64,000 nt of DNA from Chiloscyllium plagiosum (taxonomy: Eukaryota), in assembly GCF_004010195.1 (NCBI RefSeq), contig NC_057718.1, positions 28,206,061 to 28,270,060 of the forward strand, written 5' to 3'. Shown here piece by piece: positions 37,101-50,075 of the stretch. Position 1 is the stretch's first letter. Each line of letters starts with the position of its first letter. The position numbers and the translations under genes are program-made. The notes below the pieces were generated by a model that saw only the letters and a program-made list of their open reading frames with translations, made no database searches and was not told where the DNA came from.

Positions 37101-37900
37101 TATCCTCCTATCCCTGCCCTCACTAGTTCGTAGCTCCGGTAGTAATCTAGTTATTACTATTCTCGAGGATCTCCTTTTTCAATTCCTGCCTAACTCTCTG
37201 TAATCTCCCTTCAGAATCTCAACCTTTTCCTTTTCTGTCATTGGTTCCAATGTGTACAACGACCTCCTGCTGGCCCCTCTCTCCCTTGAGAACATTCTGC
37301 ACCCTCTCTGAGACATCCTTGATCCTGGCACCAGGGAAGCAACACACCAATCTGATCTTTCGTTGCTGGCCACAGAAACATCTGTCTCTACCTCAGATCA
37401 CAGAGTCCCCTAACACAATTGATCTCTTGAAACTCGACCTGTCCCTCGTTGCATTAGAGCCAGTCTCAATATCAGAAACTTGGCTGTTCATGCTATGTTC
37501 TCCTGAGAATCCACCATCCCCTACACTTTCCAAAACAGCATACCTGTTTGAAATGGGGATAGCCACAGAAGACCCCTGCACTAGCTGCCTATCTCTCTTA
37601 CCCTTCCTGGAGTTAACCCATCTATGTGACTGTATCTGCAACTTTTCCCCCTTCCTATAACTGCCATCCATCACGTCCCCTTGCTCTTGTAAATTCCTCA
37701 TTGCCTCTAACTGTCTCTCCAACCGATCTATTCGATCTGATAAGATTCGCAGCCAAAGTTCCAAAACAATGCAACAGCATATAAAACAATAATTGCTGCT
37801 CCTGGAATTCGAGGAAATCACCTCCACCACCTAAAATACCTCAAAAAAGGAGCAGCTGTTACAGCCCGAAATTTTTCCTGTCCTCCATCTTGGATTACCC
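34127..37900 (-). mobile_element. Near full-length CR1 LINE (5' UTR, esterase ORF1, APE-RT ORF2, 3' tail), with internal deletions
   Basis: ORF1 SIVLGDSV, VVHIGTND, LYKKDGLHLNW; ORF2 CIYFNARGL, ETWL, VMVGDFNFPNIDW, SCLTNLIEFF, YMDFSKAFDKVPH; (CTATGACT)n tail. Confidence 0.95.
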
Positions 37901-38109
37901 AGAATCCTATTTTTTCTCTGGTATAGATCAGCCTTTCAGATATGCTTTTGTTCTAAATTGGAGTGTGATTATGCATTGTTTCAATTGTTAGCATTGCGCT
38001 CACACGCAAGGTGAAAATCAACAATTCTCTTTCTTCTCCTTAGTACCAAGCATTTAGAATGGACTTTTAATGTAGCAAAGCATCCCAAGGTACTTCATCA
38101 GATTGTTAT

Positions 38110-40385
38110 AGAAGATAAAAAAGTACAGCACAGAACAAGTCCTTTGGCCCATGCCGCTGTGCTGAGGATTAATCCTAATCCAAAATAAAATAACCTAACC
38201 TACACACCCCTCAATTCATTGCAGTCCATGTGCAAGTCCAGAAGTCACTTAAATGTCCCTAATGACTCTACTTCCACCACCACCGCTGGCAATGCATTCC
38301 ATGTGTTCACAACTCTCTGCATAAAGAACCTACCTCTGACATCTCCTCTATACCTTCCTCCTGACACCTAAAAACTATGACCCCTCGTGGCAGTCAATCC
38401 TGCCCTGGGGAAAAGTCTCTGGCTCTTGACTCTATCCATGCCTCTCATTACTTTGTACACCTCGATCAGGTCACCTCTCTTCCTCCTTCTCTCCAGAGAG
38501 AAAAGTCTGAGCTTAGTCAACCTCTCTTCAAAAAACAAGCCCTCCAGTCCAGGCAGCATCCTGGTAAACCTTCTTTTGCAGCTTTTCTAAAGCTTCCACA
38601 TCTTTCATACAATAGGTCGAACTAAACTGGACACAATATTCCAAGTGTGGTCTCACCAGGATCTTATAGAGCTATAGCAAAACCTCGCAGCTCTTAAACT
38701 TGATTCCCCTGTTAATGAAAGCAAACACACCATATGCTCTCTTAACAACCCTATCCACTTGGGTGGCAACTTTGGGGGATCTATGTACTTGCACATGCTG
38801 TTTCTCCACACTGCCAAGAATCCTGTCTTTAATCCTATATTCAACATTTGAGTTCAACCTTCCAAAATGCATCACTTCGCATTTATCCAGGTTGAACTCC
38901 ATCCGCCATTTCTCAGCCCAGCTCTGCATTCTGTCAATGTCGCACTGCAGCCTGCGTAGCCCTCAATACTATCAACAGAACCTCCAATCTTTGTGTCATC
39001 GGCAAATTTACTAACCCACCCCTCGACCTCCTCATCCAAGCCATTTATCAGAACTACAAAGAGAAGAGGCCCAAGAACAGAACCCTGCGGGACCCCACTC
39101 AACACTGACATCCAGGCAGAATACTTTCCATCTACAATCACTCTCTGCCTTCTGTCAGCCAACTAATTCTGAATACAGATAGCCAAATCTCCCTGTATCC
39201 CATACCTCCTGACTTTATGAATGAGTCTACCGTGGGGAACCTTATCAAATGCCTTGCTCAGGTCCATATACACCACGTCCACTGCCCGACCTTCATCAAC
39301 CTGTCTTGTCACCTCCTCAAAGAACTCAATATGATTTATGAGGCATGATCTGCCCCTCACAAAGCCATGTTCACTGCTTTTAATCATGCTATGCTTTTCG
39401 AAATAGTCATAAATCTTATCCATTACGAATTATTTCCAAAACCTTGCTGACCACAGATGCAAGACTGACTGGTCTGTAATTGCCAGAGATTTTCCTATTA
39501 CCCTTCTTGAAAAGAGGAACAGCATTCACCTCCCTCCAATCCTCCAGGACAACTCCTGTGGAGAGTGAGGAAGCAAAGATCTTCACCAGCGGTGTAGCAA
39601 CCTCCTTTCTTTCTTCCTGGAGCCACCTAGGATAAATCTGGTCTGACCCTGGGGACTTACCAATCTTAATGTTAGCCAAATTTCCAGCACATCAACTTCC
39701 TCAAAGTTCTCATTCACAACAAGGTCCCTTTCCTTAGTGAAACCCAAAGCGAAAAACTCATTTAAAGCTTCCCCAATCTACTGAGACTCCACGCACAAGT
39801 GCCCTATGCTATCCCTGATCAAACTGCCTTTGGGTTCTCCTTAATCCTTCCTGCCAAGCCTTTTTCATGCCCCCTCCTGGCTCTCCTCAGTCCATTTTGA
39901 GCTCCTTTCTAGTAAGCCTGTAATCTTCCAGAGCTGTTCTAGATCCTTGCTACCTCCATCTTATGTAAGCTGCCTTCTTCCTTTTGACGAGAAGCTCCTC
40001 TGTTCTCATCATTTATCTCTCCACCCTTCAAGCACTCTGCCTGTATTCCTGATTAAGGGTTTTTGCCCAAAACGTCGATTTTCCTGCTCCTCGGATGCTG
40101 CCTGAACTGCTGTGCTTTTCCAGCACCACTCTAATCCAGAATCTGTTCTCATCATCCAATGCTCCTTAATTTTACCCCTTCTTGCCTGTCTCAGAGGAAC
40201 AAATTTATGCATCACTCGCAACAACTGCTCCTTAAACAGTCTCCATATGTCTGTTGTGCCCTTTCTGTGGAACAATTCCTCCCAATCTGTATTTCCCAAC
40301 TCCTATCTAAGAGTGTCATAATTTCCTTTTCCTCGATTAAATATCTTCCCATGTTAACTGCTCCTTTCCCTCTCCATGGCTATGG
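38110..40385 (-). mobile_element. 5'-truncated CR1 inserted into an L2-like element
   Basis: RT motifs [33 protein letters not shown]2-like sequence on both sides (about 38050-38110 and 40386-40780). Confidence 0.92.
40013..40141 (+). mobile_element. Penelope-like hammerhead unit inside CR1, 14-bp TSD
   Basis: TTCCTGATTAAGGGTTTTTGCCCAAAACGTCG; TSD TCTGTTCTCATCAT at 39999-40012 and 40142-40155. Confidence 0.85.
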
Positions 40386-41064
40386 TTATGAAATAAAATT
40401 TGACACTCAGCTACATGAAGAGATACAGGGATTAATGACCAAATGCTTAGCCAAAGAAGCTGGTTTTAAAATGTTTTGTGAAGATGGAGAGAGGCAGTAA
40501 GCTGAAGGAATAAAGTCAAAAATCTAGGTCTAGGTTGCTGAAGACAAAGCCACCAATGGCGGATCAGTTTAAATTGTGGGTTTGCAAGAGGCTGGAATCC
40601 TGAAGAGGCAGATATTTCAAAGGCTTGTCAGGCTAGAAGAACTCAGAAAAGCAGGGGGCAGTAAAGTCATGGAGGGATTTGAAGACAAGAGTGCGAGGTT
40701 TCAAATTTATATGTTTCTGGATCAGGAGCTAATGTAGGCCAATGAGCAGAGTGTTGATTGGCAATTGGAATTAAATGAAACGTAGGGAAGTAAAGGAGGG
40801 ATTCAACAGCAGTGTTCAAAAATGTGAACGGTTTTGACAGAGGGCAAGGGAAGAAATTGTTTCCACTGACACCAATCCAGACTTAGCATAATTAGCAAAG
40901 TAATCAGTTGGGAAAGTAAGAGTTGAATTTAATATGGTACACTGTTATGATCTAAAAAACATTGCCTGAAATGTTGGAGGAAGCAGATTCAATTTTGAAT
41001 AAAAAGTTGAGAAGGAAATGCTTAAAGGGCTACAGTGACCAAGTAAAGGAATTGAACTAATTTG

Positions 41065-42420
41065 TATTTGTAACCATCTTCAGTCAGAAGTGCTGAGTGG
41101 ATGAACCTCTTGAGGTTCCCTGTAACATGAAGCTAGTCTTCAATCAATTAGATTCATTCCGTGGGATATCAAGAAACAACTGAAGACATGGATACTGCAA
41201 GGGCTATGGGCCCTGACAATATTTTTGCAAAAGTAACTAAGACCTGTGAGCTGCAACTAGTTGTAGCTCTAGCCAAGCTGTCCTCCTCCAGGTACAGCAC
41301 TGAAAATGTACATAATCGCCCAGATGTGTCCAATACTCAAAAAAGGTAGGCCAATTCCAACCTGGCCAATTACTTTCACAGATTCAAGGGACTGAATTAT
41401 TCTACTCTTCATGATCAGCAAAGCGATACAGGGATTGTTTCGAGAGCTATTGAGCACACTTGCAAAGGAATAACCTACTCACTAACACTCAGCTTGGATT
41501 CTGCACTCTCTCTGGATCAGTGGTGCTGGAAGAGCACAGCAATTCAGGCAGCATCCGACGAGCAGCAAAATCGATGTTTCGGGCAAAAGCCCTTCATCAG
41601 GAATTCTGCACTGGCCACTCAATTCCAACCTCATTATAGCCTTGGTCTAAACATGGTCAGAAGTGCTGAATCCTAGAGGTGAGGTGCGAGTGACTCTCCC
41701 TGACATTAAAGAAGATTTTGAATGAATGTGACATTACGCAGCCCTAATAAAACTCAGTGGGAATCAGTGTGAAAACTCTCTACTGGTTGGAGTCATACCT
41801 GACATGTTGGAAGATGGTGGTTGTTGGTGAAGTTCAGTCATCTCAACTCCAGGACATTTCAGCAGGAATCCCACAGGGTAGTGTCCTAGGTGCAATCATC
41901 TTCTGCTACTTCATCATTGACCCTTCCTCCATCATAAGATCAGAAATGAGGATGTTTGCTGATGACTGCACAGTGTTCAGCACCCTGTGCAATTTCTCAG
42001 ATACTGAAGTAACTCATGCCCATATACAGCAAGAGCTGGACAACTTTCAGGCTTGGGCTGACAAGTGACAAGTAACATGCACATTGCTCAAATTCCAGAC
42101 AATGACCATTTTTAAAAAACAGAGGATTAAACAGGACATTCAATAGCATGACCAGCACTGAATTCCCCAATGTCAACATCGTAGGGAGTTCCATTGGCCG
42201 CTCCATGGGCCAAGCGTATAAGCACTGAGGCTACAATAACAGATTGGAGGCTGATAATCCTGAGATAAGTGATGTCTCCCCAATGACCATTAACCATTTA
42301 CAAGGTTCAAATTGGGAGGGTGAAGGAATAAACTCCACTTCCCTGCATGAGCGCAGCTCAAACAACTCTCAGGATGCTTGACACCATGCAGCCCAAAACA
42401 ATCCATTTGATTGCTATCCC
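41065..42420 (+). mobile_element. Decayed CR1/L2-superclade LINE RT region (second family)
   Basis: ORF 41757-42068 WLESYL...AGIPQGSVLG...MFADDCT. Confidence 0.85.
41508..41602 (-). mobile_element. Penelope-like hammerhead unit, 10-bp TSD
   Basis: Minus CTGATGA-A-GGGC-TTTT-GCCC-GAAACATC; TSD ATTCTGCACT at 41498-41507 and 41603-41612. Confidence 0.85.
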
Positions 42421-43525
42421 AGCCAATGTTGTTTTATCTCCAAAATGTGGGGGTGGGGTGGGGGAGGAATCCTACACAATGGAATTGCAACTTACACCTA
42501 ACCTGCAAGACAGTGTGTCATTGATTTTTTACTAACTGTCTGGAATGGGTCATAGACAGTTAATTATTTGCAATGCAAGCCTTAGACTTGATGATATCTG
42601 AGGGGGGTGGAGGGTGGGATCTGTAATTTGCAAATAATCAACCTCTGTTCACCCAAGCAGTAAGGCAGAGGTTACATTTCAGCACAATTTGTACAGAAGA
42701 CCTTCAAGGAGATTTTACTTCAAGAGAAGACATTGCCAATAACTCTTGAATTGCTAGTTAATCAATCACTATCACAATCAATTCCAGATTGCTAACTCCA
42801 GCTTTGGACATAAGAGCTCCAGCTTAAAAGCAGGGACATTGATAAACAGGTACCTTTGTTTTGTAGCTAAGTTGCTGCTACTTGATTAATCTTTACCCTT
42901 TTCGGTTCAATCTCTCCTTATGTTTACAGCATTGTATTCCCTCTAATCTATGATTGTGTTAAACAAAGCCTATTTCTTCTTTTAACTTTACAACAGTGTT
43001 GTTACAGTCCTTGTAGAGTCCATAGACAGAGGAAGTGGGAAAATACGCCATCACACTTTTAAAAAAAGGGGAAAAACATGTCACTATCTGCTCACAGACA
43101 GGCAATGAGAATATGGAGACAGTCATTTTCAAATTTGCAATTTGTCCATAACAACGGAAACCGACAGACACAAAGTATGTGAACATAGTAACATAAAAAT
43201 TCATTTCCCTTAGAAAAATATTTGTGCAATATTTGTGCAATGGGGCTCACGCTGAAAATTCACACAATGAGTAGTGAAATTGATCAATGTGATTGACATT
43301 TGGCCATCATTCACTGAAAAGATACAGACAGAATGAAAAAAAAAGCAACAAAGTTGCAGAGTGTCAGAGTCTCAACATTTTAAAGATCATGGCTGGCATG
43401 AATTGGTCTCTCAATTGATTAGTCTCACCAGTTCCTGACTCAACAAATCTGTCAGTAACTCACTTGAAATAAATAACTCCCATTTAATTTGGTCTAAATA
43501 TGTCAGCCTAGAAAGTGCTTGAATG

Positions 43526-44008
43526 TGTAAGAAATGAAGCTCGCTCACTTCAATAATTTCAGTCCGAGACAAGATCTGAATCAGTAGTATCGTTTATTAT
43601 GCTCTTGCAAGAGGGGTGTTATGTCCACTGTCCACAAGGCAGGATCACACACACTGAATTTAACGAGTACACAATATTTATGTAATTTGTTTCTCTTCCC
43701 TCCTCCCATTGCTCCTCCCCTGTTTACATCTGTTTCTAATCTAAGCCCGGCTGTTTATCTCTGAACTCATTCGGCGTTATCCGTGACAAAATGTTTATCT
43801 CTGGCCTCACAAGGCCGTTTGACCACCTCCCTCTGTGGTCTTATTGTTATTTATCCTTCTTCACTGCCATCTGTTTCCGTGCTTGCCAAAGCAATATTTC
43901 CTTTTACTCTTTACGGTGAGCTTTGACGGTGATCTATTTTTTATTCTTGCTGAAGCGGGAAACAGATGCTTGTAGTTGTTTGTACAGGTATATCTAGCTT
44001 AACCTACA
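43526..44008 (-). mobile_element. Possible solo LTR (ERV-like)
   Basis: TGTA...TACA termini, minus-strand AATAAA about 70 nt from the end, CpG-richer than flanks; no TSD found. Confidence 0.4.
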
Positions 44009-44639
44009 CCCCCTCCCCTCACAGCACCTTATCTATTTGTCTGTAACATCACCATTGTTTGCAGGCACATTTCATTCTTGTATGCACATTTTAGCTAATG
44101 CAACAGCAATTATATATTTCCTTCACATAGTTTTCATTCTTGTTAACTCAGCTCTTGGGGCTGAAACAATTATACACTGGTGTGAGTTCATTTACCTTGC
44201 ATAAGCAATTATGATTGCAGAAGTAACACTGCTTTACCTATATCCCACAAATGCGTGAATTCTCATACTACAATGTCCCCACTGTGACAGGAGGTGGAGG
44301 TGGGAGTGGAGAGGGAGGTGATTTTATTCGGTTCCATGTTACTGACAGATCCATGTCTGCTATCTGCCAGAGGAGTGAGGTTAGACTTTGCAATGAAAGC
44401 ACGCTGCAAAATGCAAGAGCATTCCTCTCCCCAGGGTGTGCAGGAGAAATGCAAAAGAAGAAATATTAAGTAAATGATTGTATTCTAGCAACATTGGTTT
44501 AGCAGCTCTATGCTGGGGAGTGGGGAAGGATCTTTGGTATAAATGAAAGAGTATTTGAAAGAAGTCTTACTTCATTACCAGCAGGATTTCACATTTGATA
44601 CATATAATTTATTAATAACCATGTTCAAGTAACCTAGAT

Positions 44640-45040
44640 TCCCCTCTGACTCTCATAATTCACTTTCAGTTCCTCTCTGTTCCTCCTGTTAATACTCAGC
44701 TGTTTTACTGCTAGTCCTCGCTCTCTTTCTTTATTTGTTCAAGTCTCAGTCCTCTCTGCTTTCTTTCTTTGCTTCTTCTTTCTTCATCTACTCTCGGAAC
44801 TCTCTCTCTCTGCCTCGGCTCTCTGCATCCTGCCATTTCCTTTAGCTGTTCCAATCTCAATCCTCACTGTTTCCTGTTTGCATTCTCTCTCATCATAATT
44901 TCCCTTCTTCCTCTTTCTGTGTAATTTCTCTGCATAATCTCTCTGCTCCATCTGTCTTGTTCCCTTCTCTCCCTGTTCCTCTCTTCTCATTCCTCTTCCT
45001 CTGTCTCTCTCTTCATTTCTCTCTCTGGTCCTTTCCTTTA
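44640..45040. repeat. Pyrimidine-rich (CT) low-complexity tract
   Basis: Strong C/T skew; gives the E/R-rich spurious ORF 44784-45071. Confidence 0.85.
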
Positions 45041-45847
45041 TATATTGGTTCCATTCCTGACAGTGTTTCAAACTGTTGTTGGTCTAATAGACTTTCCCAT
45101 CATATTATCTCTAAGCTAGGGTTGTAAATTCACCACTTCTATAATAAAATAATATAAAATTGATACTGCATCTGTTTAATGAAGCTTCAACTTGCTAATG
45201 TTTGTTGCTCATTAGTCAGGCCTATTCTTGCTATTGAGAACTATACATAACTAGAGAAAACACTGTAGACTGCTAAATCCTTTCTTCAGATAAATTCACT
45301 CCCAAATGAATTCACTGTGCTGCAAATCATCTCAAACATTCACATCTATCAGGCCACTACATGTAAAGGATATAATTATTTACAATCTAACAGTTCATCT
45401 TCAATGCAGTACAAAATAAAGGCTAATTCAAAAGCAATTTAACCTTTACACAGGCAAACTACCACTTGCCAGTTTGAACAAAGCCCTTTTTAAACAGACC
45501 TGGTGAAGGTTTGCTAACAAAATTTTAACCCGTTTTTGGTTTTGAATCCTGACCGATTTGTGGTACGTTGGCAATTTTTTTCCATTTCCTTTTATCATTC
45601 CATACATCCTGGATTTCCTTTTGTCTCAATTCTTTATACTTTGAGCTCTGCATGAGCTCTCATCCAGCATTCCCCCAGTGGTAGCATTGTTTCAGCTTTT
45701 TGTACCAACACTCTTCCTGCGTTCTATGGATTCGATCTATGGCTTGAAGTAGATTGCACCGAAAGCTTATTGTCCAATCTCTAGTGTAGATTGCCTGTCA
45801 ATAAATAATGCCAGATCCCTAATCAGCTTAAGGTCTTATACACATAA

Positions 45848-48670
45848 GGAATAGGAGAAGGAATGGGCCATTCTGTCCCTCAAGCTTACCCTATCATTCT
45901 ATAATGTCATCGCTGATCTGTCCCTGGTTTCAACTCGTCTTTCATGCCAGTTCCTCACTGCTCTCAACACCTTACCATTTCAAAAATCTATCTTCTCTTT
46001 AAGTACATTCAGTGATCCACAACTCTCTGGGATAGAGAATTCCAGATATTTGCTACTCACTGAGAATAGGATTTCCTTAGCATCTCAGTTTAAAATGCAT
46101 GTCCCCTTATTCTGTAATTCTGTCACCTTAACTTAAGACATCCCCAATAGTGGAAACTTCTTCTCAACAACCACCCTGCCACACCACCTTAGATTCTGGT
46201 ACTTTTTTCAATAAGATTACCTGTCATTCTTCGCAACTTTAATAAATAAAGGCCAAAACTATTTAGCCATTCTTGATATGTCTAGCAGGAAAGGCAGGAG
46301 AACAGCAAAGGCAGGAGCATCTGGGAGTAATTCAGGAGACACCACAGAGATTCACCCTGAGGAAAAAGAAGCATGGTACAGGGAGGATGAGGCAAACATG
46401 GCCGACTATGGAGGTCAGGGATAGCATAAAAGCAAAAGAGGAAGCATATAATGCAGCAAAGGGCAGTGGGAAACCAGAGGATTGGGAAGTTTACAAAGAC
46501 CAACAGAGGGCCATAAAAAAAAGAAGGGGAAGATTAGATAAGAGGGTAAGCCAGCCAGTAATATGAAGGAAGACTGTAAGAGTTTTTTTAGATTATAAAA
46601 AGGGCAAAAGAGAGGCAAAAGTGGACATTGGGCTGCTGGAAAATGACACTGGAGAGATTGTAGTGGGGAACAAGGAAATGGCTGAGGAGCTGAATAATTA
46701 CTTTGCATCAGTCTTCACGGTGGAAGACACGGGTAATATCCCAAAGATTCAAGAGAGTGAGGGGCAGAGCGGAGTATGGTGGCCGTCACTAAGGAGAAGG
46801 TGCTAGAAAAACTGAATGGCCTGAAGATGGATAAATCACCTGAATCAAATGGCCTACACCCCAGAGTTCTATGGGAGATAGCTGAAGAGATAGCAGAGGC
46901 ATTAGTGGTGATCTTTCAGGAATCGCTAGAGTCAGGGAGAGTCACAGACGACTGGAAAATTACTAACATGACACCCCTGTTTAAAAAGGCACAAGGGCAA
47001 ACAATGGAAAATTACAGACTGATTAGCCTAATCTCGTTTGTGGGTAAGATCCTGGAATTCATTGTGTAGGATAAGATTTCTGAATACTTGGAAGTGTATA
47101 GTAAAATAGGGCAATATCAGCATGGTTTCATCAAGGGGAGGTCATGCCTAACAAATCTGCTAGAGTTCTTTGAGGAAATAACAAGCAGCTTTGACCAAGG
47201 AGAGGCAATGAATGTTATCTACCTGGACTTCAAGAAGGCATTTTACAAGGTGCCACATAGGAGGCTGCAGAGCAAGATAAAGGGCCATGGTATTAGATGC
47301 AAGGTGCTAGCATGGATAGAAGCTTGGCTGTCTGGCAGAAAGCAGAGAGTGGGGAGAGTGGGGGTCCTGTACATGATGGCAGCTGGTGATAAGTGTTCTT
47401 CAAGGCTCAGTGTTGGGACCACAACTTTTCACTTTATACATTAATGATCTAGATGAAGGAACTGAGAGCATTCTGGCTGAATTTGCAGATGATACAAAGA
47501 TAAGTAGAAGGACAGGGAGCATTGAGGAGGTGGGGAGGCTGTAGAAGGATTTGGACAGGTTAGGAGAGTGGGCAAAGAAGTGGCAGAAAGATGTGAGGTC
47601 ATGCATCTTGGTGAGAAGAATAGAGGCATGAACTATTCTCTAAATGGTGAGAAAATTCAGAAGTCTGAAATGCAAAGAGACTTGGCAGTTCAAGTCCAGG
47701 GTTCCAAGGTAAACATGCAGATTGAGTCAATAGTTAGGAAGGCAAATGCAATGATGGCATTCATTTTGAGAGGACTTGAATATAAATTCAGGGATGTACT
47801 TCTGAGGCTCTATAAGGCGCTTGTCAGACCACATTTGGAGTATTGTGTACAGTTTTGGGTCCCATATCTCAGAAAGGATGTACTGGCCCTGAAGCAGGGA
47901 GGCTCAGACAATGTTCCCAGGAATGAAAAGCTTAACATATGAGGAACGTTTGAGGACTCTGGATCTATACTTGATGGAGTTTAGAAAGATGAAGGGAAAT
48001 CTATTGAAACTTGAAGAATACTAATTGGCTTGCACAGAGTAGATATTGTGAAGATGTTTCCATTGGCAGAAGAGACTAGGACCTGAAAGCACAGCCATAG
48101 AGTAAAGGGAAGACCTTTTAGACCAGAGATAAGGAGGAAATTATTCAGTTAGAGAGTGGTGAATCTCAGGAATTGATTGCCACAGAAGGCCATGGAGGCC
48201 AGGTCATTGAGTATATGTATAACCGAGATAGATAAGCGCTTGATTGTCAAGGGGATCAATGTTAACTGGGAGAAAGTGGGAGTATCAGGTTGAGAAACTT
48301 ATCAGCCATGATTGAATGGTGGATCAGACTCAATGGGCTGAATGGCCTAATTTCTGCTCTTGTGTCTTCTGGTCTGAACTCCTTCATCAACCATGTGCAT
48401 CTCTTTTGAAAAATATTCATTGCAAATACATCCTTCCTTAAATAAGTGGGCCAAATTTATACATAATATTCCAGACGTAGCCTCACCAATACCCTGCAAA
48501 GTTGTAACAAGACTTAAATTCTAAACACCCTGACAATAAAGGCCAACATTACATATTCCTTTTTAATTACTTGGTATACTTGCTTACTAGCATTTTATGT
48601 TTCACATATCAGAACACCTAGAGCCCTTCTGTGCTGCTCTTCCTTTGCAGTCTCGCTCCATTTAAATAAT
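45848..48670 (-). mobile_element. Old CR1 fragment split by the younger plus-strand CR1
   Basis: 3' part 45848-46277 (tail CATAAGGAATAGGAGAAGGA); continues at about 48377-48670. Confidence 0.65.
46279..48376 (+). mobile_element. 5'-truncated CR1 LINE, same subfamily as 24700-26925
   Basis: RSCLTNLLEFF, YLDFKKAF, EFADDTK, LYKALVRPHLEYCVQFW; near-identical stretches to the 24.8-kb copy. Confidence 0.95.
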
Positions 48671-49562
48671 TTTCACTCCCCTGTTCCTTAGTGAGGTCTA
48701 AAAATGTGGAGAGAGAAAAACTCTGTTTTTCTCTCTCCACAGATGATCAGTTTAGAATTTCCAGCCTGTCCTGTTTTACCCAAGGTATCACCATAGTCTC
48801 ATTATAATCTCATGAGGGGCTTTGCACAACATCTTAGAGAAGAGCAAGACCAGGGGAGAGAGAAACAACTTCAAGGTGTGTTTATAGATGGTTCAGCTTC
48901 TCTGAAATTGAGTGGCCGAGTCCAAACTGCGAAACTGCAGCTTTTTACAGTTAACATGGGGTTCCGATCATAGCAAATACTCCAGCTGTGCCTCCCAACT
49001 CACTCCTGCTGCAAAAACTGTGGGTGATTAACTCCATCTTTTTTTTTATTGTCATGCCTACCTTTTGCAGCATGCTGGCCCTCAGTCCCAAACTGACTGC
49101 ACAATCTGAACATGTCAGCTACCACCGACTGACAGAAATCAGGCCAGCATTTTAGAAATTGCAACTTTCCTGGGGCACCTCTGTCCTGATCCTCGCCAGT
49201 GTTCACCTTTGGATCACTGTATTTCAATACCGATGGAAGGCAAACTTCAGGCCTTCAAATGAAAGTGATTAGCAGTGGGTTCATATGGACTACCATTAAA
49301 ATCCATATCCTCATTGTTCCTACTGGAGGATGGGAGAGGCACAGTTAAAAGCCCACTCGTTCTTTCACATTACATCTGCATTTGAGAAGGAAAACCTAAT
49401 GTTCTTGGTGATACATTCCACTCAAATATGCAAGTGTAAATAACAACAACATGCATTGATACAGAACCTCTTAGGCAGTAAAACAGGCCCAAGAGCTTCA
49501 CAGGGGACAAAACTTGATGATGGGGCAGATTGGACAGCTTGATTAACGATGGAGGTTTTCAG

Positions 49563-50075
49563 GATGTTGTGAAACTTGAAAGGGTTCAGAAAAGATTTAC
49601 AAGGACGTTGTCAGGATTAAGGGTTTGAGCTAAAGGGAAAGGCTCAATAGGCTGGGGCTGCGGCTGTTTTCCCAGATGGTCAGAGGCTGAGGAGTGATCT
49701 TATAGAGGTCTATAAAATCATGAGGGGCATGGGTAGGGTAAGTAGACAAGGTATTTTCCGCAGGGTGGGGTATCCAGAACTAGAGGGCATAGGTTTAGCA
49801 TGAGAGGAGAAAGATTTTAGAGGGACCTCAAGGGCAACATTTTCACACAGAGGATGGTGTGTGTATGGAATGAGCTGACAGAGGAAGTGGTGGAGGCTGG
49901 TACAATTATAACATTTAAAAGGCATCTGGATGGGTATATGAATAGAAAGGGTTTAGGTTGATATGGGCCAAATGCTGGCAAATGAAACTAGATTAGTTTA
50001 GGATATCTGGTTGGTATGGATGAGTTGGACTGAAGGGTCTGCTTCTGAATTGTACATCTCTATGACTCTATGATT
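49563..50075 (+). mobile_element. CR1 3' fragment nested in an L2-like element
   Basis: VVKLERVQKRFTR frame; tail CTCTATGACTCTATG; L2-like flanks at 49442-49562 and 50076-50260. Confidence 0.88.

Noticed and set aside
42959..43240. 93-aa minus-strand ORF as a terminal exon
   Set aside because: No recognisable domain and no partner exons found.
44784..45071. E/R/K-rich 95-aa ORF
   Set aside because: Low-complexity purine tract on the minus strand.
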